DNA from: Bacteroidota bacterium
GTDB taxonomy: Bacteria > Bacteroidota > Bacteroidia > Bacteroidales > JAADGE01
Direction: 5' to 3'
Length of the DNA: 60,692 nucleotides
Assembly: GCA_034659855.1 (NCBI GenBank)
Contig: JAYEIA010000199.1
Span: 1 to 60,692 of the forward strand
Under the pieces are notes generated by a model. That model saw only the letters and a list, made by a program, of their open reading frames with translations, had not been told where the DNA came from and ran no database searches. Position 1 is the first letter of the stretch. Each line of letters opens with the position of its first letter. Made by a program: the position numbers and the translations under genes. This document shows, piece by piece, positions 35,263-46,109 of the stretch.

Positions 35263-36687
35263 TTAGGATTCGTTAATATCAGAGTCGTTTTCTGAAAGCA
35301 AAAACTCGAGTGAATGCTTTATGCGTTTGAGGTATCCGCCCACACCTCGTTCCATGTCACCGGATTTCCGTTTAATAACTTCTTTGGTTTCTTCGGTGAT
35401 TTCTTCTTGCGTGTTTTCTTCTTGCTTTTCAGCGGATGGCGTGCGTTGTTCCCGGTAAATTTTATCGGTGTATTGTTCTCGGAGTCCAAGCATAAGCAAG
35501 CCTACCGCTGTAGAATACTTGGGGCTGCTGATGTTGCTGTGAACAGTATTCAGGTTTTGACCCGGTTGGGCCAATTTTACATCCTGCCCGGTTTTGTATG
35601 TTATGAGTTGTTTGAGTTGTGACAACAGTGAGCCGCCTCCTGTAATTACGATACCTGCTCCCAGACTATCTTTTACCCCGGAGTTCAGTATCTCATAATT
35701 GACAAAGTTAACAATTTCTTCAACTCTGGCTTGAATAATTTTTGACAATACTTTGACAGAAATTTCTTTCTTTTCTCTTCCGTTGATTCCGGGTATAGAA
35801 ATAACCTTATTGTCCGGTGTGGTATCGCTTATTGCCGAGCCGAATTTCACTTTCACTTTTTCGGCATATTTGTTTAAAATTTTGGTTCCTTTTTGAATGT
35901 CGGAAGTAATAATATCTCCGCCAAAAGGAATTACCGCTGTGTGGCGCAGTATGCCGTCGTAATAAATGGCAACATCAGTAGTACCGCCGCCGATATCAAC
36001 CATAGCCACGCCGGCTTCTTTCTCTTCAGCAGTAAGTACAGCCGCTGCAGAAGCCAATGGTTCAAGAAACAGGTCTTTTACTTCAATATTTATTTTAATG
36101 ATACATTTCATGATGTTCTTCACCGATTCTGTTTCTCCTTCAATGACATTGAAGTTTCCCACAATCTTGTTTCCGTACATGCCGTAGGGGTCAATTACTC
36201 CGGTTTCTTTATCAATAATGTAGTGCTGAGGAATAATATGAATTATTTCATGACCGGGAGCCAAGGACAAGTTCTCCAAATCACTTTTAAGTTCTTCGAT
36301 TAACTCTCGGGTGATAACTTTGTCCGGAGAATTCACCATTTTGTGGTGACTCTCCTTTCTGCTGTTGATATGTTGGCCGGCTATACCTACATAGGAAGAG
36401 GTAAATTTAATTCCGGCTTGCTGTTCGGCTTGCGTTACCGCTTCTTTAATCATCGCTGAAGCCTGTTTTATGTTAAGAACAACTCCTCTTTTGACTGTGT
36501 TCATAGGGGTTTTGCAAGTTCCTTTTCCGAGAATTTGTACCTTTCCTTCGTGATTTCTTTTTCCTACAAGTGCAACTATTTTGGTTGTGCCGACATCAAT
36601 TGCTGTAACATAATTTTGTTGGTTTTTGTCCGAGGGCTTGCCTGCAGGTCGGTCTGCGGGAGCCGTTAAATTTGAGTTTTCATTCAT
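35263..36687 (-). CDS. ftsA: Cell division protein FtsA
   Basis: Actin-fold motifs AIDVGTTKIV and DIGGGTTDVA are present, and the gene lies between ftsQ and ftsZ. Confidence 0.92.
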   Translation of the reverse strand: MNENSNLTAPADRPAGKPSDKNQQNYVTAIDVGTTKIVALVGKRNHEGKVQILGKGTCKTPMNTVKRGVVLNIKQASAMIKEAVTQAEQQAGIKFTSSYVGIAGQHINSRKESHHKMVNSPDKVITRELIEELKSDLENLSLAPGHEIIHIIPQHYIIDKETGVIDPYGMYGNKIVGNFNVIEGETESVKNIMKCIIKINIEVKDLFLEPLASAAAVLTAEEKEAGVAMVDIGGGTTDVAIYYDGILRHTAVIPFGGDIITSDIQKGTKILNKYAEKVKVKFGSAISDTTPDNKVISIPGINGREKKEISVKVLSKIIQARVEEIVNFVNYEILNSGVKDSLGAGIVITGGGSLLSQLKQLITYKTGQDVKLAQPGQNLNTVHSNISSPKYSTAVGLLMLGLREQYTDKIYREQRTPSAEKQEENTQEEITEETKEVIKRKSGDMERGVGGYLKRIKHSLEFLLSENDSDINES

Positions 36688-36720
36688 GATAATTCTGGTT
36701 TAGAGGGTTATATAATAATT

Positions 36721-37488
36721 TTATTTTCGTGCAACTATTTGATTATCAATGCTTAAATCGAGTTCTTGATAGGTATTCCATCCTTTCTTTCCGATAATAT
36801 TCATGTAAAAATATTGCAACCGGTTTAGCTTTGCTTTGTAATTTTCAGTACTTCCTAATATAATTTGATGATTCCCAATTCTCGGAATCAACAGAAAATT
36901 TGAATTTTCCGTAATATATATTTGCTGAAACTGTGCATTCATAAATTCATCTTTGTTGATAAAATTTACCAAATCAAAAATTTCTCGCAAAAACAAGGTG
37001 GAGTCTATGGTTTGGTTATTTTCATTCAGTGTATCGGGCAGGCTGATATGTCCGCCGGTTACAATAACTCTTGCCGGAGTTTTCTTTGATATCGGTATCA
37101 AAAATCCGTCAGTATCTACATACATACTTTTTCCGTTATTGCTCATAACTCTGAATAGTGGTGTGCGTTCATTGACTTCTATAAAAATAACTCCTTGTGC
37201 ATTTTTGTACACTTCAGATTTTTTGACCAACGGCAATTTATTTATCACTTCTTCAATTTCTCCGATATTGATTTCGTTAATTTTTCTTCCGATTAAACTG
37301 CCGTATTCGTCACGAATAATCTTCATGAGAATAGTACTGTCAATGAATTTTCCGTCTTGTGTATCAGAAAATGTCAACTCCACTTTTTTGCATACAGAAT
37401 TTCGCCCTGTGATATACACCGTGGTTATGGCTATGCCCAAAAGAACAATAACTATAAATAATATTTTGACGTTTTTCTTCAGTTTCAC
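36721..37488 (-). CDS. ftsQ: Cell division protein FtsQ
   Basis: 255 aa with a single N-terminal TM and a POTRA-like region. The position between murC and ftsA fits. Confidence 0.75.
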   Translation of the reverse strand: MKLKKNVKILFIVIVLLGIAITTVYITGRNSVCKKVELTFSDTQDGKFIDSTILMKIIRDEYGSLIGRKINEINIGEIEEVINKLPLVKKSEVYKNAQGVIFIEVNERTPLFRVMSNNGKSMYVDTDGFLIPISKKTPARVIVTGGHISLPDTLNENNQTIDSTLFLREIFDLVNFINKDEFMNAQFQQIYITENSNFLLIPRIGNHQIILGSTENYKAKLNRLQYFYMNIIGKKGWNTYQELDLSIDNQIVARK

Positions 37489-37500
37489 AATGTCGTTGAC

Positions 37501-38895
37501 TTATTTTTGATTCAATAAAAATTGTTTAATCACTTCTTTTTCTTGGGCAATATCTCCGGCTCCCATCAGGAGTACAATCTCGTTGTTATACCTTTCGAGA
37601 GCTTCTGTTATCTTATCTTTGCTGCATAAAGTTTTTTTGTTGCTTGAGATTTTGTCCAATATCATTTTAGAATCAACCCCTTCAATCGGCTGTTCCCTTG
37701 CCGGATATATCGGTACAAGGATTGCATAATCCGGCACAGACAGTTCATGAGCAAATTCTTCCGCAAAATCGCGCGTGCGTGAATAAAGGTGCGGCTGAAA
37801 AATTCCTGTGATTCGTTTATTCGGGTACAATTCTTTGACTGAATTTATAAATGCTTTCAACTCTTCGGGATGATGGGCATAGTCATCAATAAATGTTATT
37901 TGATCTGTATTTATGACATAATCAAACCGTCGTTCAGTTCCTCGCCAATTATTCAGGGCTTGTTTAATTTCAATTTCGGGTACCCGGTGTATAATTCCGA
38001 TAGCCGATGCAGCAACCGCATTTTCGATATTTATACTTCCGGGTATATTAATTCGGATATCTTTAATGGTTCCGCCGGGATGTTGCAAGTCAAATGTGTT
38101 ATGCGTTGGCTCTGTCCTGATGTTTTCGGCGTAAAAATCTGCCGTTGTTTTAAGGGCATAACTATATACTTTTTCCGGGAAGTTTTTGGTCGGCAGATCA
38201 ATTCCTTTTTTCATAATGAGCGTACCATCGGAGATAATTTTTCCGACAAACTCGGAGAAGGTTTCTTTCAAGTTGTCATAGTCTCCGTAGATATCCAGAT
38301 GATCCGGATCCAGTGAGGTTATCAGTGCTGTTTTGGGGCTTAATTGTAAAAATGAACGGTCGTATTCATCGGCCTCGGTTATGGTGAGTTTCGTTTTCTT
38401 ATCAGAATCGGAAATCATTACATTTGAATTTAAATTTTTTGAAATTCCGCCGAGGAATGCATCTGTAGGCGTTTTCCCCTGTTTAAAAATGCAGGCTGTG
38501 AGTACCGAAACCGATGTTTTAGCGTGTGTTCCGGCAATGGCAATTGTGTCGGAGCTTTGAGAAATAATTCCGAGAACTTCTGAACGTTTATATACTTGGA
38601 AATTTGCAGTTCTGAAATAGCTGAGAATCTCATTGCTCTCCGGGATTGCCGGTGTATAAATAATGAGTAAAGTGTGCTTGTGTCCGGTGGTATAAAGCGA
38701 GGGAATGTCTTCTTTATCATCAACATAGCTGATATGAACGTGCTCATTTTGGAGTTTCTCGGTAAGCGGAGTTTTCGTTTTGTCGTAGCCGGCAACAAAG
38801 ATACTTTTTTGTAAAAAGTAACGCGCCAGCGAGCTCATGCCGATACCTCCAATTCCGACAAAATATACAGCCTTTATGTTATTTATGTTTTGCAT
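37501..38895 (-). CDS. murC: UDP-N-acetylmuramate--L-alanine ligase
   Basis: VYFVGIGGIGMSSLA and IAGTHAKTS (P-loop) are present. The start is set at MQNINNIKAVYF (ATG 38895), because the ORF-track start 39072 would overlap the upstream gene by 164 nt. Confidence 0.9.
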   Translation of the reverse strand: MQNINNIKAVYFVGIGGIGMSSLARYFLQKSIFVAGYDKTKTPLTEKLQNEHVHISYVDDKEDIPSLYTTGHKHTLLIIYTPAIPESNEILSYFRTANFQVYKRSEVLGIISQSSDTIAIAGTHAKTSVSVLTACIFKQGKTPTDAFLGGISKNLNSNVMISDSDKKTKLTITEADEYDRSFLQLSPKTALITSLDPDHLDIYGDYDNLKETFSEFVGKIISDGTLIMKKGIDLPTKNFPEKVYSYALKTTADFYAENIRTEPTHNTFDLQHPGGTIKDIRINIPGSINIENAVAASAIGIIHRVPEIEIKQALNNWRGTERRFDYVINTDQITFIDDYAHHPEELKAFINSVKELYPNKRITGIFQPHLYSRTRDFAEEFAHELSVPDYAILVPIYPAREQPIEGVDSKMILDKISSNKKTLCSKDKITEALERYNNEIVLLMGAGDIAQEKEVIKQFLLNQK

Positions 38896-38908
38896 CCTCC
38901 GGTTAAAT

Positions 38909-39763
38909 TTATTTGTGTTTATTTGTTGCTTCTTTTTTAATACTTGAAATTTGCTTGGCCAATTCTTTTTTAGATATTCCTTTTTTATTGAGATTTGAAT
39001 AAATGTGATTGATGCCGTTGATAAGCGTTTTTGTTTTTTCGGCATGTTCCGTTTTGACATTGATAAAATCATATAATTCCTTATCGACTTTTAATTTATA
39101 CAAATTCACCAAAACTTTTTTGTCGCTGTAGGGCTCGTCAATTTGTTGTACAATTTTCACGGAATCAAATTGTTGTACGGGAATTTGTTTCAAGCCTGCT
39201 GAGTACTTTTTGTAAAATCCTTTGAGGTAATCATTTCGCCGGTCAATGTTTTCAGGAATAACGCTTGACATCAAGGCAATCAGTTTTTGCATAACTTCCT
39301 GCGGATTCATTTGATAGGCATTAATTTGTTCTTCCGTAAGCTCAGATATATTTTTTGGGTTGTATGTTTTTGTAAGTTCCAGGCAGTTAAGGGCATTTGC
39401 CGTAAACTCCTTGGTTTTGTTTTCGTCTTCGTCTTTTGCTTCTATCGTTTTGAGATAGCTCTGAAACAATTGTTTATATGCCGAAACGTATTCTTGTGTT
39501 TCTTGAATTCTCTTTTGTTCTTGGGCAAATGATTTTTGAGTAAATCCCGAGTTACCGACCATTATATTCATTTGCTCCGATTTGTAATTAAAGTTATGAA
39601 CTGTTTCCCGGTAATTTTCATATAATCTGTGGGTGTTTTCCATTATCTGAATCCCGGTTTGTGCTGCTTCCTTTTTGAGGTTGCCCGGTTTTTTCGGGAC
39701 ACCGCATGAAGTCACTATCAGAGAAATCAAAATAATCGTGAGTATTTTTATTGCCGTATTCAT
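38909..39763 (-). CDS. Hypothetical helical lipoprotein inserted between murG and murC
   Basis: Lipobox LIVTSC at the N-terminus. It starts 6 nt after the murG stop and ends 13 nt before the murC ATG, on the same strand. Confidence 0.65.
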   Translation of the reverse strand: MNTAIKILTIILISLIVTSCGVPKKPGNLKKEAAQTGIQIMENTHRLYENYRETVHNFNYKSEQMNIMVGNSGFTQKSFAQEQKRIQETQEYVSAYKQLFQSYLKTIEAKDEDENKTKEFTANALNCLELTKTYNPKNISELTEEQINAYQMNPQEVMQKLIALMSSVIPENIDRRNDYLKGFYKKYSAGLKQIPVQQFDSVKIVQQIDEPYSDKKVLVNLYKLKVDKELYDFINVKTEHAEKTKTLINGINHIYSNLNKKGISKKELAKQISSIKKEATNKHK

Positions 39764-39768
39764 AAAAC

Positions 39769-40866
39769 TTAGTTTAAAATTTCGTTTGCAATATTTTCTG
39801 CCGAATTATGTACGGCATGTTTGTATATATTTTCACTTAAAGAATTTAAGCGTTCATCGTTTTGTATGGTCTCTAAAGTTGTGCTTACAAGCAATTTTTT
39901 ACATTCATTATCCTTAACCGGTACTGCAGCCTTTGTCTCAACAAGGGCTTGTGCATTTTTGCTTTGGTGGTCTTCGGCCACATGGGGTGAAGGCACTAAA
40001 ATACAGGCTTTTTTAAGTAAACAAAGTTCAGAGATTGTTCCGGCACCGGCTCTCGAAATTACAAGGTCTGCCGCTTTGTAGGCTAAGTCCATTCTGTTGA
40101 TGAAAGCTGTTGCTTTTATTTGAGTGTTACTGTATTGTACTGCTTTTTTGCTAAAATCTTCAAAATAATATGCCCCGGTTTGCCACAGCAATTGAGTGCC
40201 TGAGTCAACAATATTCTGAATATTTTCGGCAATACCTTCATTTATACTTTTGGCTCCGCCGCTTCCTCCCAAGCTCAAAATTAATTTCTTATCCGGATCA
40301 AATCCAAAGAATGCCTTGGCTTTCTCTTGGCTTAAATCTACGTTGAGCAGGTCACTCCTTACCGGGTTTCCGGTTTTAATAATTTTTTCTTTCGGGAAAA
40401 AGCGATCCGTATTATCGTAAGCGACACAAATTTTTTCGGCATATTTTGCCAGAAGCTTATTGGTAACTCCGGGAAAAGAATTTTGCTCCTGCAAAATAAT
40501 CTTAGCCCCTTTCCGGGCAGCTGAATACACCATTGGCCCGCTGGCATATCCTCCGACACCCACGGCAATGTCGGGTTTAAATTGTCTTACAATTTTTCGG
40601 GCCATCCAAAGGCTCCGAAGCAGCTTAAAGAAAAAGGTAATATTTTTGAAGCTCAACTTCCGAGAAAAGCCAATTACGGGTAGCAGTTTGATGTCATAGC
40701 CGGCCTCCGGAACCTTTTGGGATTCGATTTTTCCCTTGGCACCAACAAAAAGTATGGATAGGTTTTTATCCGCTTTTTTTAAATTGTCGGCAATAGCAAG
40801 TGCAGGGAACAAATGTCCTCCTGTTCCGCCGCCGCTGATTATTATATGTCTGCCGGTTTTGCTCAT
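39769..40866 (-). CDS. murG: Undecaprenyldiphospho-muramoylpentapeptide beta-N-acetylglucosaminyltransferase
   Basis: GGGTGGHLFPALA N-terminal motif and dcw synteny. Confidence 0.93.
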   Translation of the reverse strand: MSKTGRHIIISGGGTGGHLFPALAIADNLKKADKNLSILFVGAKGKIESQKVPEAGYDIKLLPVIGFSRKLSFKNITFFFKLLRSLWMARKIVRQFKPDIAVGVGGYASGPMVYSAARKGAKIILQEQNSFPGVTNKLLAKYAEKICVAYDNTDRFFPKEKIIKTGNPVRSDLLNVDLSQEKAKAFFGFDPDKKLILSLGGSGGAKSINEGIAENIQNIVDSGTQLLWQTGAYYFEDFSKKAVQYSNTQIKATAFINRMDLAYKAADLVISRAGAGTISELCLLKKACILVPSPHVAEDHQSKNAQALVETKAAVPVKDNECKKLLVSTTLETIQNDERLNSLSENIYKHAVHNSAENIANEILN

Positions 40867-42014
40867 TTTGCTTTCTGATTTGACATGCTGTGTGTACTAA
40901 TTTGTATTATTATTCCTATGGCCATGGAAGTGGCCAACATCGATGACCCGCCCACACTTATTAAAGGCAAGGGCTGCCCCGTTACCGGTAAAAGCCCAAT
41001 AGATACACCAATATTTAAGAACGCTTGCATTGTAATCATCAATGTGAGTCCCAGTGCCAAAAACATAGGAAATGTTTTATCCATTGCTTTGGCCACCTGA
41101 ATGCCTCTGTAAAAGATTATCAGGTAAAAAATTAAAATAATAAGTCCCGTAATAATTCCCATCTCATTAATGATATGGGCGTAAATAAAATCTGAACTTG
41201 CCTCGGGAAGAACATAACGAAGCGGGCTGTCTCCAATTCCTCTTCCGAATAATCCGCCGTCGGCTATGGCACTTTTGGCGATACAAGCTTGGTTGTTGAT
41301 CGCATTCGCTTGGTTGCACGAGAAGCCATGCCACCATGTACTTATTCTGTTACCCCAGGTAGATGTTCTGAAAGGGAGTTTAAAAATTTCTGCTATAATC
41401 ATATATCCGGCAGCCGCACCGACAAATTGCCCCAATCGCTTCAGTATATATTTTCTGTTTACTCTAATTAGGACCAACATTGTAAAAACAGATCCTACAA
41501 TAATAATCGTTGTCGATAATCCGAACGGAAGTGTGAGAAAAACAACTATTGCCGTAGCAATTAGCGCTTTGTCAGCATTTTTTCTTCTTTTTACTTCATC
41601 GTTATATTCATTTGATAACAATGATGATACAAACATTATGACAGCGACTTTGGCAAAGGCAGAAGTTTGAAACGAAATATTCAAAAACGGCAACGACAAA
41701 CTTCTTTTTGCTTCATTGGCCTCGTTGCCGGCCAAGGCTGTAATAGCTAATAACAGGATGGTAATAATATAAAAAAATGCTGAATACTTGTTTAGGGTTT
41801 TGTATGAAACGTACTGCATGGTTATAATAATGCCGATAGACATTATTGTAAATACAATTCGTTTCATCAGCGGAGATACGTAATCGGGCGAAATTCCGGT
41901 AAATACAGTTTTGCCCATAGCGCTGTATGTGAGCGGTATGGAGCCAAGAAGCATCAGGATAACAATTATCCATAATGTTCGGTCGCCTTTTAAGTATTTT
42001 CCGAGTTGTATCAT
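40863..42014 (-). CDS. ftsW: Lipid II flippase/peptidoglycan polymerase FtsW (SEDS family)
   Basis: Multi-TM protein with SSDFIYA and GLLPVTGQPLPLISVGGSS motifs. It overlaps murG by 4 nt. Confidence 0.9.
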   Translation of the reverse strand: MIQLGKYLKGDRTLWIIVILMLLGSIPLTYSAMGKTVFTGISPDYVSPLMKRIVFTIMSIGIIITMQYVSYKTLNKYSAFFYIITILLLAITALAGNEANEAKRSLSLPFLNISFQTSAFAKVAVIMFVSSLLSNEYNDEVKRRKNADKALIATAIVVFLTLPFGLSTTIIIVGSVFTMLVLIRVNRKYILKRLGQFVGAAAGYMIIAEIFKLPFRTSTWGNRISTWWHGFSCNQANAINNQACIAKSAIADGGLFGRGIGDSPLRYVLPEASSDFIYAHIINEMGIITGLIILIFYLIIFYRGIQVAKAMDKTFPMFLALGLTLMITMQAFLNIGVSIGLLPVTGQPLPLISVGGSSMLATSMAIGIIIQISTHSMSNQKAK

Positions 42015-42075
42015 TTAACTTATTTTTTCGAGAACTAAATTTCTCTGTAAACAAAATTGTTTAATTCTCAATTTT

Positions 42076-43410
42076 TTATAGTGCTCTGACAGCAAGCTTA
42101 TACTGATCGCCTCTGTCTTCGTAATTTTTAAATCTGTCAAAACTTGCGCAGGCCGGTGATAACAGTACGGTGTCGCCTTCATCAGCCAATTCATGGGCTT
42201 TTTTTACGGCATCATACATATCGGTACTTTCGTAAAGCTCTGAAGTTCCTACAAAAGCATCAAAAATTGCTTTGTTGTCTTCTCCTAAGCAAACCAGAGC
42301 TTTGACTTTTTCTTTTACCAAGTCTTTGATTACATTGTAGTCGTTTCCTTTGTCGGTTCCGCCTATAATAAGAACCACATCAGTCGTCATGGATTGCAAG
42401 GCATACCATGTTGAGTTAATATTGGTGGCTTTGGAATCGTTGATAAACTTGATACCGCCTACACTAATAAATTTTTCCATTCTGTGGGCTGCATTTTCAA
42501 AGTTGCTCATTGCTTTTCTCAGCGTCTTGCTCCTTACTTCATTTAAACGTGCCACAATACCTGCAGCCATAGAATTGTACACGTTGTGGTCTCCTGTAAT
42601 AGAGAGAGAATTAAGGTCTGTTTCAAAATTGTTGTTATCCATATGTATGATTAATTTTTCGAGTTTTTTATAGGCTCCCTTTGCGACTTCTTTTTTAATG
42701 GAGAAAGGCAACATGGCAGCTTTTAGATTTCTTTTTTTAAGTTCTTTTTCAAGTACCGGATCGTCGGCACAGTATATTAAATTGTTGTTAGGGTTTAAAT
42801 TTTCAGTAATTCTGAATTTTGAATTAATATAGTTTTGCATTTTGTTTTCGTACCGGTCCAGATGATCGGCAGTAATGTTCAAGAGGACGGCGGTATCCGG
42901 TTTGAATGTAATAATGCCGTCGAGCTGAAAACTGCTTATTTCCAGCACATAATAATCAAAATTGTACAGTGCGACTTGCAGAGCAAATGATTTTCCGACA
43001 TTTCCGGCCAAGCCAACATTAAAACCCGCATTTTTAAGAATGTGGTGAGTAAGTAGTGTGGTTGTGGTTTTGCCGTTGCTTCCGGTTATGGCAATGATTT
43101 TTGCATTGGTGTACTCGGAGGCAAATTCAATTTCGGAAATAACCGGGATTTTCTTTTTTACGGCTTTTTGTATTATTGGTGCATTATCCGGTATTCCCGG
43201 GCTTTTTACGATTTTTTCAGCTTCAAGAATTTTCTCTGTACTGTGTTTATTTTCTTCAAATTCAATCTTGTATTTTTGAAGTAACCTTTTGTATCCCGCC
43301 GATATGCTTCCAAAATCGGATACGAATACCTCAAAGCCCTGCTTTATTGCTAAAACAGCAGCACCGGTTCCACTTTCTCCGGCTCCGAGTATGACGAGCT
43401 TTGTCTTCAT
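42076..43410 (-). CDS. murD: UDP-N-acetylmuramoylalanine--D-glutamate ligase
   Basis: ILGAGESGTGAA and ITGSNGKTTT are present, with dcw synteny. Confidence 0.93.
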   Translation of the reverse strand: MKTKLVILGAGESGTGAAVLAIKQGFEVFVSDFGSISAGYKRLLQKYKIEFEENKHSTEKILEAEKIVKSPGIPDNAPIIQKAVKKKIPVISEIEFASEYTNAKIIAITGSNGKTTTTLLTHHILKNAGFNVGLAGNVGKSFALQVALYNFDYYVLEISSFQLDGIITFKPDTAVLLNITADHLDRYENKMQNYINSKFRITENLNPNNNLIYCADDPVLEKELKKRNLKAAMLPFSIKKEVAKGAYKKLEKLIIHMDNNNFETDLNSLSITGDHNVYNSMAAGIVARLNEVRSKTLRKAMSNFENAAHRMEKFISVGGIKFINDSKATNINSTWYALQSMTTDVVLIIGGTDKGNDYNVIKDLVKEKVKALVCLGEDNKAIFDAFVGTSELYESTDMYDAVKKAHELADEGDTVLLSPACASFDRFKNYEDRGDQYKLAVRAL

Positions 43411-44633
43411 TATCTGATTTTTAATGTTATAACTGACAAAATGGCCAAGAGTACACCTATAATCCAGAATCGAGTAACAATTTTTGATTCCGGAATTCCT
43501 TTCTTTTGATAGTGATGATGTAAGGGAGCCATTAGTATGATTCGTTTTCCTGTTCCCGTGAGTTTTTTTGTAATTTTAAAATATAGCACTTGGACTATGA
43601 CCGACAGGCTTTCTGCCAAAAATATTCCTGCTAAAATTGGTATTAAAAGTTCTTTTCTTACAATAATTGCAAATACTGCAATAATACCGCCGATTGTCAG
43701 GCTTCCGGTATCGCCCATGAATACTTGCGCAGGGTATGAATTATACCATAAGAACCCGACGGTGGCGCCAATAAATGCACTGGCAAAAATGACCAATTCA
43801 CCAATGTTTGGGATGTACATTATATTCAGATAATCGGCAAAAATGAGGTTACCGGATAAATAGGCAAATATTCCCAGCGTTGTGCCAATTATAGCTGAAC
43901 TTCCTGTAGCCAAGCCATCGAGTCCGTCGGTGAGGTTTGCTCCGTTTGATACCGCCGTGATAATGATTACAACCGCAATAATAAATATTATCCAAGTCCA
44001 TTTTTCTTTTGATTCATCGGCAAACCATGCTAAATTTGAATAGTCAAATTCATTATCTTTAAAAAACGGAATGGTTGTTTTTACCGGTTTTTCGGCTTTT
44101 GTTTTAAAATTTTCGGGTTGTACATTGGTTTCACAAATTGTGGATGCTTGCGGGTTTTCTCTTATTTGGATGTCGTCGTTTAAATAAAATGTTAGGCCAA
44201 CGGCAATCCCTAATATAATCTGCCCGTATATTTTTACTCTGCCCGAAAGTCCGTCTTTGTTCTTTTTGAATGTTTTGATGTAATCATCGGCAAACCCAAC
44301 GGCTCCTAACCATATGGTAGTCAATATCATTAAGAGGATGTAAACGTTTCCCAGTTTGGCAATCAACAGAACCGGAATAAGTATGGCACCAATTATTATG
44401 ATACCTCCCATGGTGGGTGTACCTGATTTTTCTTTTTGTCCTTCCAGACCCAGGTCGCGTACCGTTTCGCCAATTTGTTTTTTATGCAGATAGTTGATTA
44501 TCTTTTTTCCCCACCACATAGAAACCAAAAGCGAAATAATAGCCGCCAAGGCTGCTCTGAACGAGATGTACTCGAACAGTCCCGCTCCGGGAAAGTCAAA
44601 CTGGTTAAGATAATGAAAAAGATAATACAGCAT
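43410..44633 (-). CDS. mraY: Phospho-N-acetylmuramoyl-pentapeptide transferase
   Basis: [25 protein letters not shown] and APLHHHY motifs are present. Confidence 0.95.
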   Translation of the reverse strand: MLYYLFHYLNQFDFPGAGLFEYISFRAALAAIISLLVSMWWGKKIINYLHKKQIGETVRDLGLEGQKEKSGTPTMGGIIIIGAILIPVLLIAKLGNVYILLMILTTIWLGAVGFADDYIKTFKKNKDGLSGRVKIYGQIILGIAVGLTFYLNDDIQIRENPQASTICETNVQPENFKTKAEKPVKTTIPFFKDNEFDYSNLAWFADESKEKWTWIIFIIAVVIIITAVSNGANLTDGLDGLATGSSAIIGTTLGIFAYLSGNLIFADYLNIMYIPNIGELVIFASAFIGATVGFLWYNSYPAQVFMGDTGSLTIGGIIAVFAIIVRKELLIPILAGIFLAESLSVIVQVLYFKITKKLTGTGKRIILMAPLHHHYQKKGIPESKIVTRFWIIGVLLAILSVITLKIR

Positions 44634-44641
44634 AAAATTAT

Positions 44642-46099
44642 TTATTGTGTCTGTTTAATATTTAAAAATTCGGTTACAATTTCTTTGTCATCAAATTGGC
44701 TTCGTATGCCTTTGATTTCTTGATATGTTTCGTGTCCTTTGCCGGCGATTAGGATGATGTCATCTTTTGAAGCCAACAGGACAGCCGTCTTTATGGCCTC
44801 CTTCCGATCGCTTATATTTAATGTGCTTGCCTCTTCTTCTTTTGTCAAGCCTTCAAGCATATCATTGATGATGTCTGTCGGTTTTTCATTTCGAGGGTTA
44901 TCAGAGGTCAGGATAAGTTTGTCGCTGTTGGTATGTGCAATTGATGCCATCTTCGGGCGTTTCGTACGATCTCTGTTTCCGCCCGTTCCTATGACTGTAA
45001 TCAGTATTTGATTGGGTGTTTTAACAGCATTAATGGTGTGCAATACATTTTTAAGGGCATCGGGAGTATGAGCGTAGTCAATTATGGCCGTAATACCCGA
45101 TAAATTAATGGTTTCCAATCGCCCCCTTACCGGAGTAAACGCACTTATTTTGGTATAAATATCTCGTTTTCGTAAACCTAAAAGTACAGCTGTCCCGAAA
45201 ACGGCAGTAATATTGTAAGCATTAAAATCTCCGGCCATCAGCGTCCAAACTTCCGTATCGTTCATTTCCAATTTCATGCCTTCAAAACTGCTTTCAAGCA
45301 GGCTGGTTTTAAAATCAGCTAATGTTCTCATAGCGTATTTATAGGGCTTTGCTTTGCAATTTTGCAACATAACATCCGCATTTTTATCATCCGCATTTAT
45401 CAATGCGAAACTGTCTTTGGGCAAAGCGTCAAAAAGTTTCTTTTTTGCATAGATGTAACTTTTGAAATCTTTGTGATAATCTAAATGGTCATGTGTAATA
45501 TTGGTAAATACAGCCCCTTTGAAATGCAAACCGTGAACTCTTTTTTGTTCTAAGGCATGAGAGCTAATCTCCGCAAAGCAATATTTACATCCCTTATCAA
45601 CCATTTGGCGTAACAGCCTGTTTAGGGTAATGGGGTCGGGGGTTGTGAACTTTGTGCTGTACTCCTTTTTGTTAATATAATTGGCCACCGTGGAAATAAG
45701 TCCGGTTTTGTATCCCATGTCAAGGAAAAGTTTATAAAGCAAGCTTGCTGTCGTGGTTTTTCCGTTTGTTCCGGTGATGCCCACAAGCTGCAGGTCTTTG
45801 GAGGGATTGCCGTAATAATTTCCGGCAACACACCCCATAGCTACTGCGGTGTCTTTCACTTGTATCGTTGTTGTATCCTTGTACGTTTGATTATTACTTA
45901 CAACAACTGCAACAGCACCTGAGTCTGCAGCTTGTTGAGCAAATTTGTGTCCGTCGGTATTTTCGCCGATAACAGCAAAGAAAATGGCACCTTTAGTAAC
46001 TCTTCTTGAATCAAAAGTAAGTGCATAGACCGACTTATTGACTGAGCCGTCAATTTTTTCTGTACTTACATTTTTTAATAAATCGCTGATTTGTATCAT
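44642..46099 (-). CDS. murE: UDP-N-acetylmuramoyl-L-alanyl-D-glutamate--2,6-diaminopimelate ligase
   Basis: [12 protein letters not shown]-loop and a DNPR-like DNPRNE motif, with dcw synteny. Confidence 0.92.
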   Translation of the reverse strand: MIQISDLLKNVSTEKIDGSVNKSVYALTFDSRRVTKGAIFFAVIGENTDGHKFAQQAADSGAVAVVVSNNQTYKDTTTIQVKDTAVAMGCVAGNYYGNPSKDLQLVGITGTNGKTTTASLLYKLFLDMGYKTGLISTVANYINKKEYSTKFTTPDPITLNRLLRQMVDKGCKYCFAEISSHALEQKRVHGLHFKGAVFTNITHDHLDYHKDFKSYIYAKKKLFDALPKDSFALINADDKNADVMLQNCKAKPYKYAMRTLADFKTSLLESSFEGMKLEMNDTEVWTLMAGDFNAYNITAVFGTAVLLGLRKRDIYTKISAFTPVRGRLETINLSGITAIIDYAHTPDALKNVLHTINAVKTPNQILITVIGTGGNRDRTKRPKMASIAHTNSDKLILTSDNPRNEKPTDIINDMLEGLTKEEEASTLNISDRKEAIKTAVLLASKDDIILIAGKGHETYQEIKGIRSQFDDKEIVTEFLNIKQTQ

Positions 46100-46109
46100 A
46101 TTAAAGCGT

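Noticed and set aside
38896-39072. Long N-terminal extension of murC (ORF-track start at 39072)
   Set aside because: It would overlap the upstream lipoprotein gene by 164 nt, and the extension is K/Q-rich low complexity. The conserved MurC N-terminus begins at MQNINNIKAVYFVGIGGIG (ATG 38895).
42076-46099. Absence of murF between murE and mraY as an anomaly
   Set aside because: As far as I recall, Bacteroidota dcw clusters normally lack murF, which is encoded elsewhere. This is therefore the expected arrangement.
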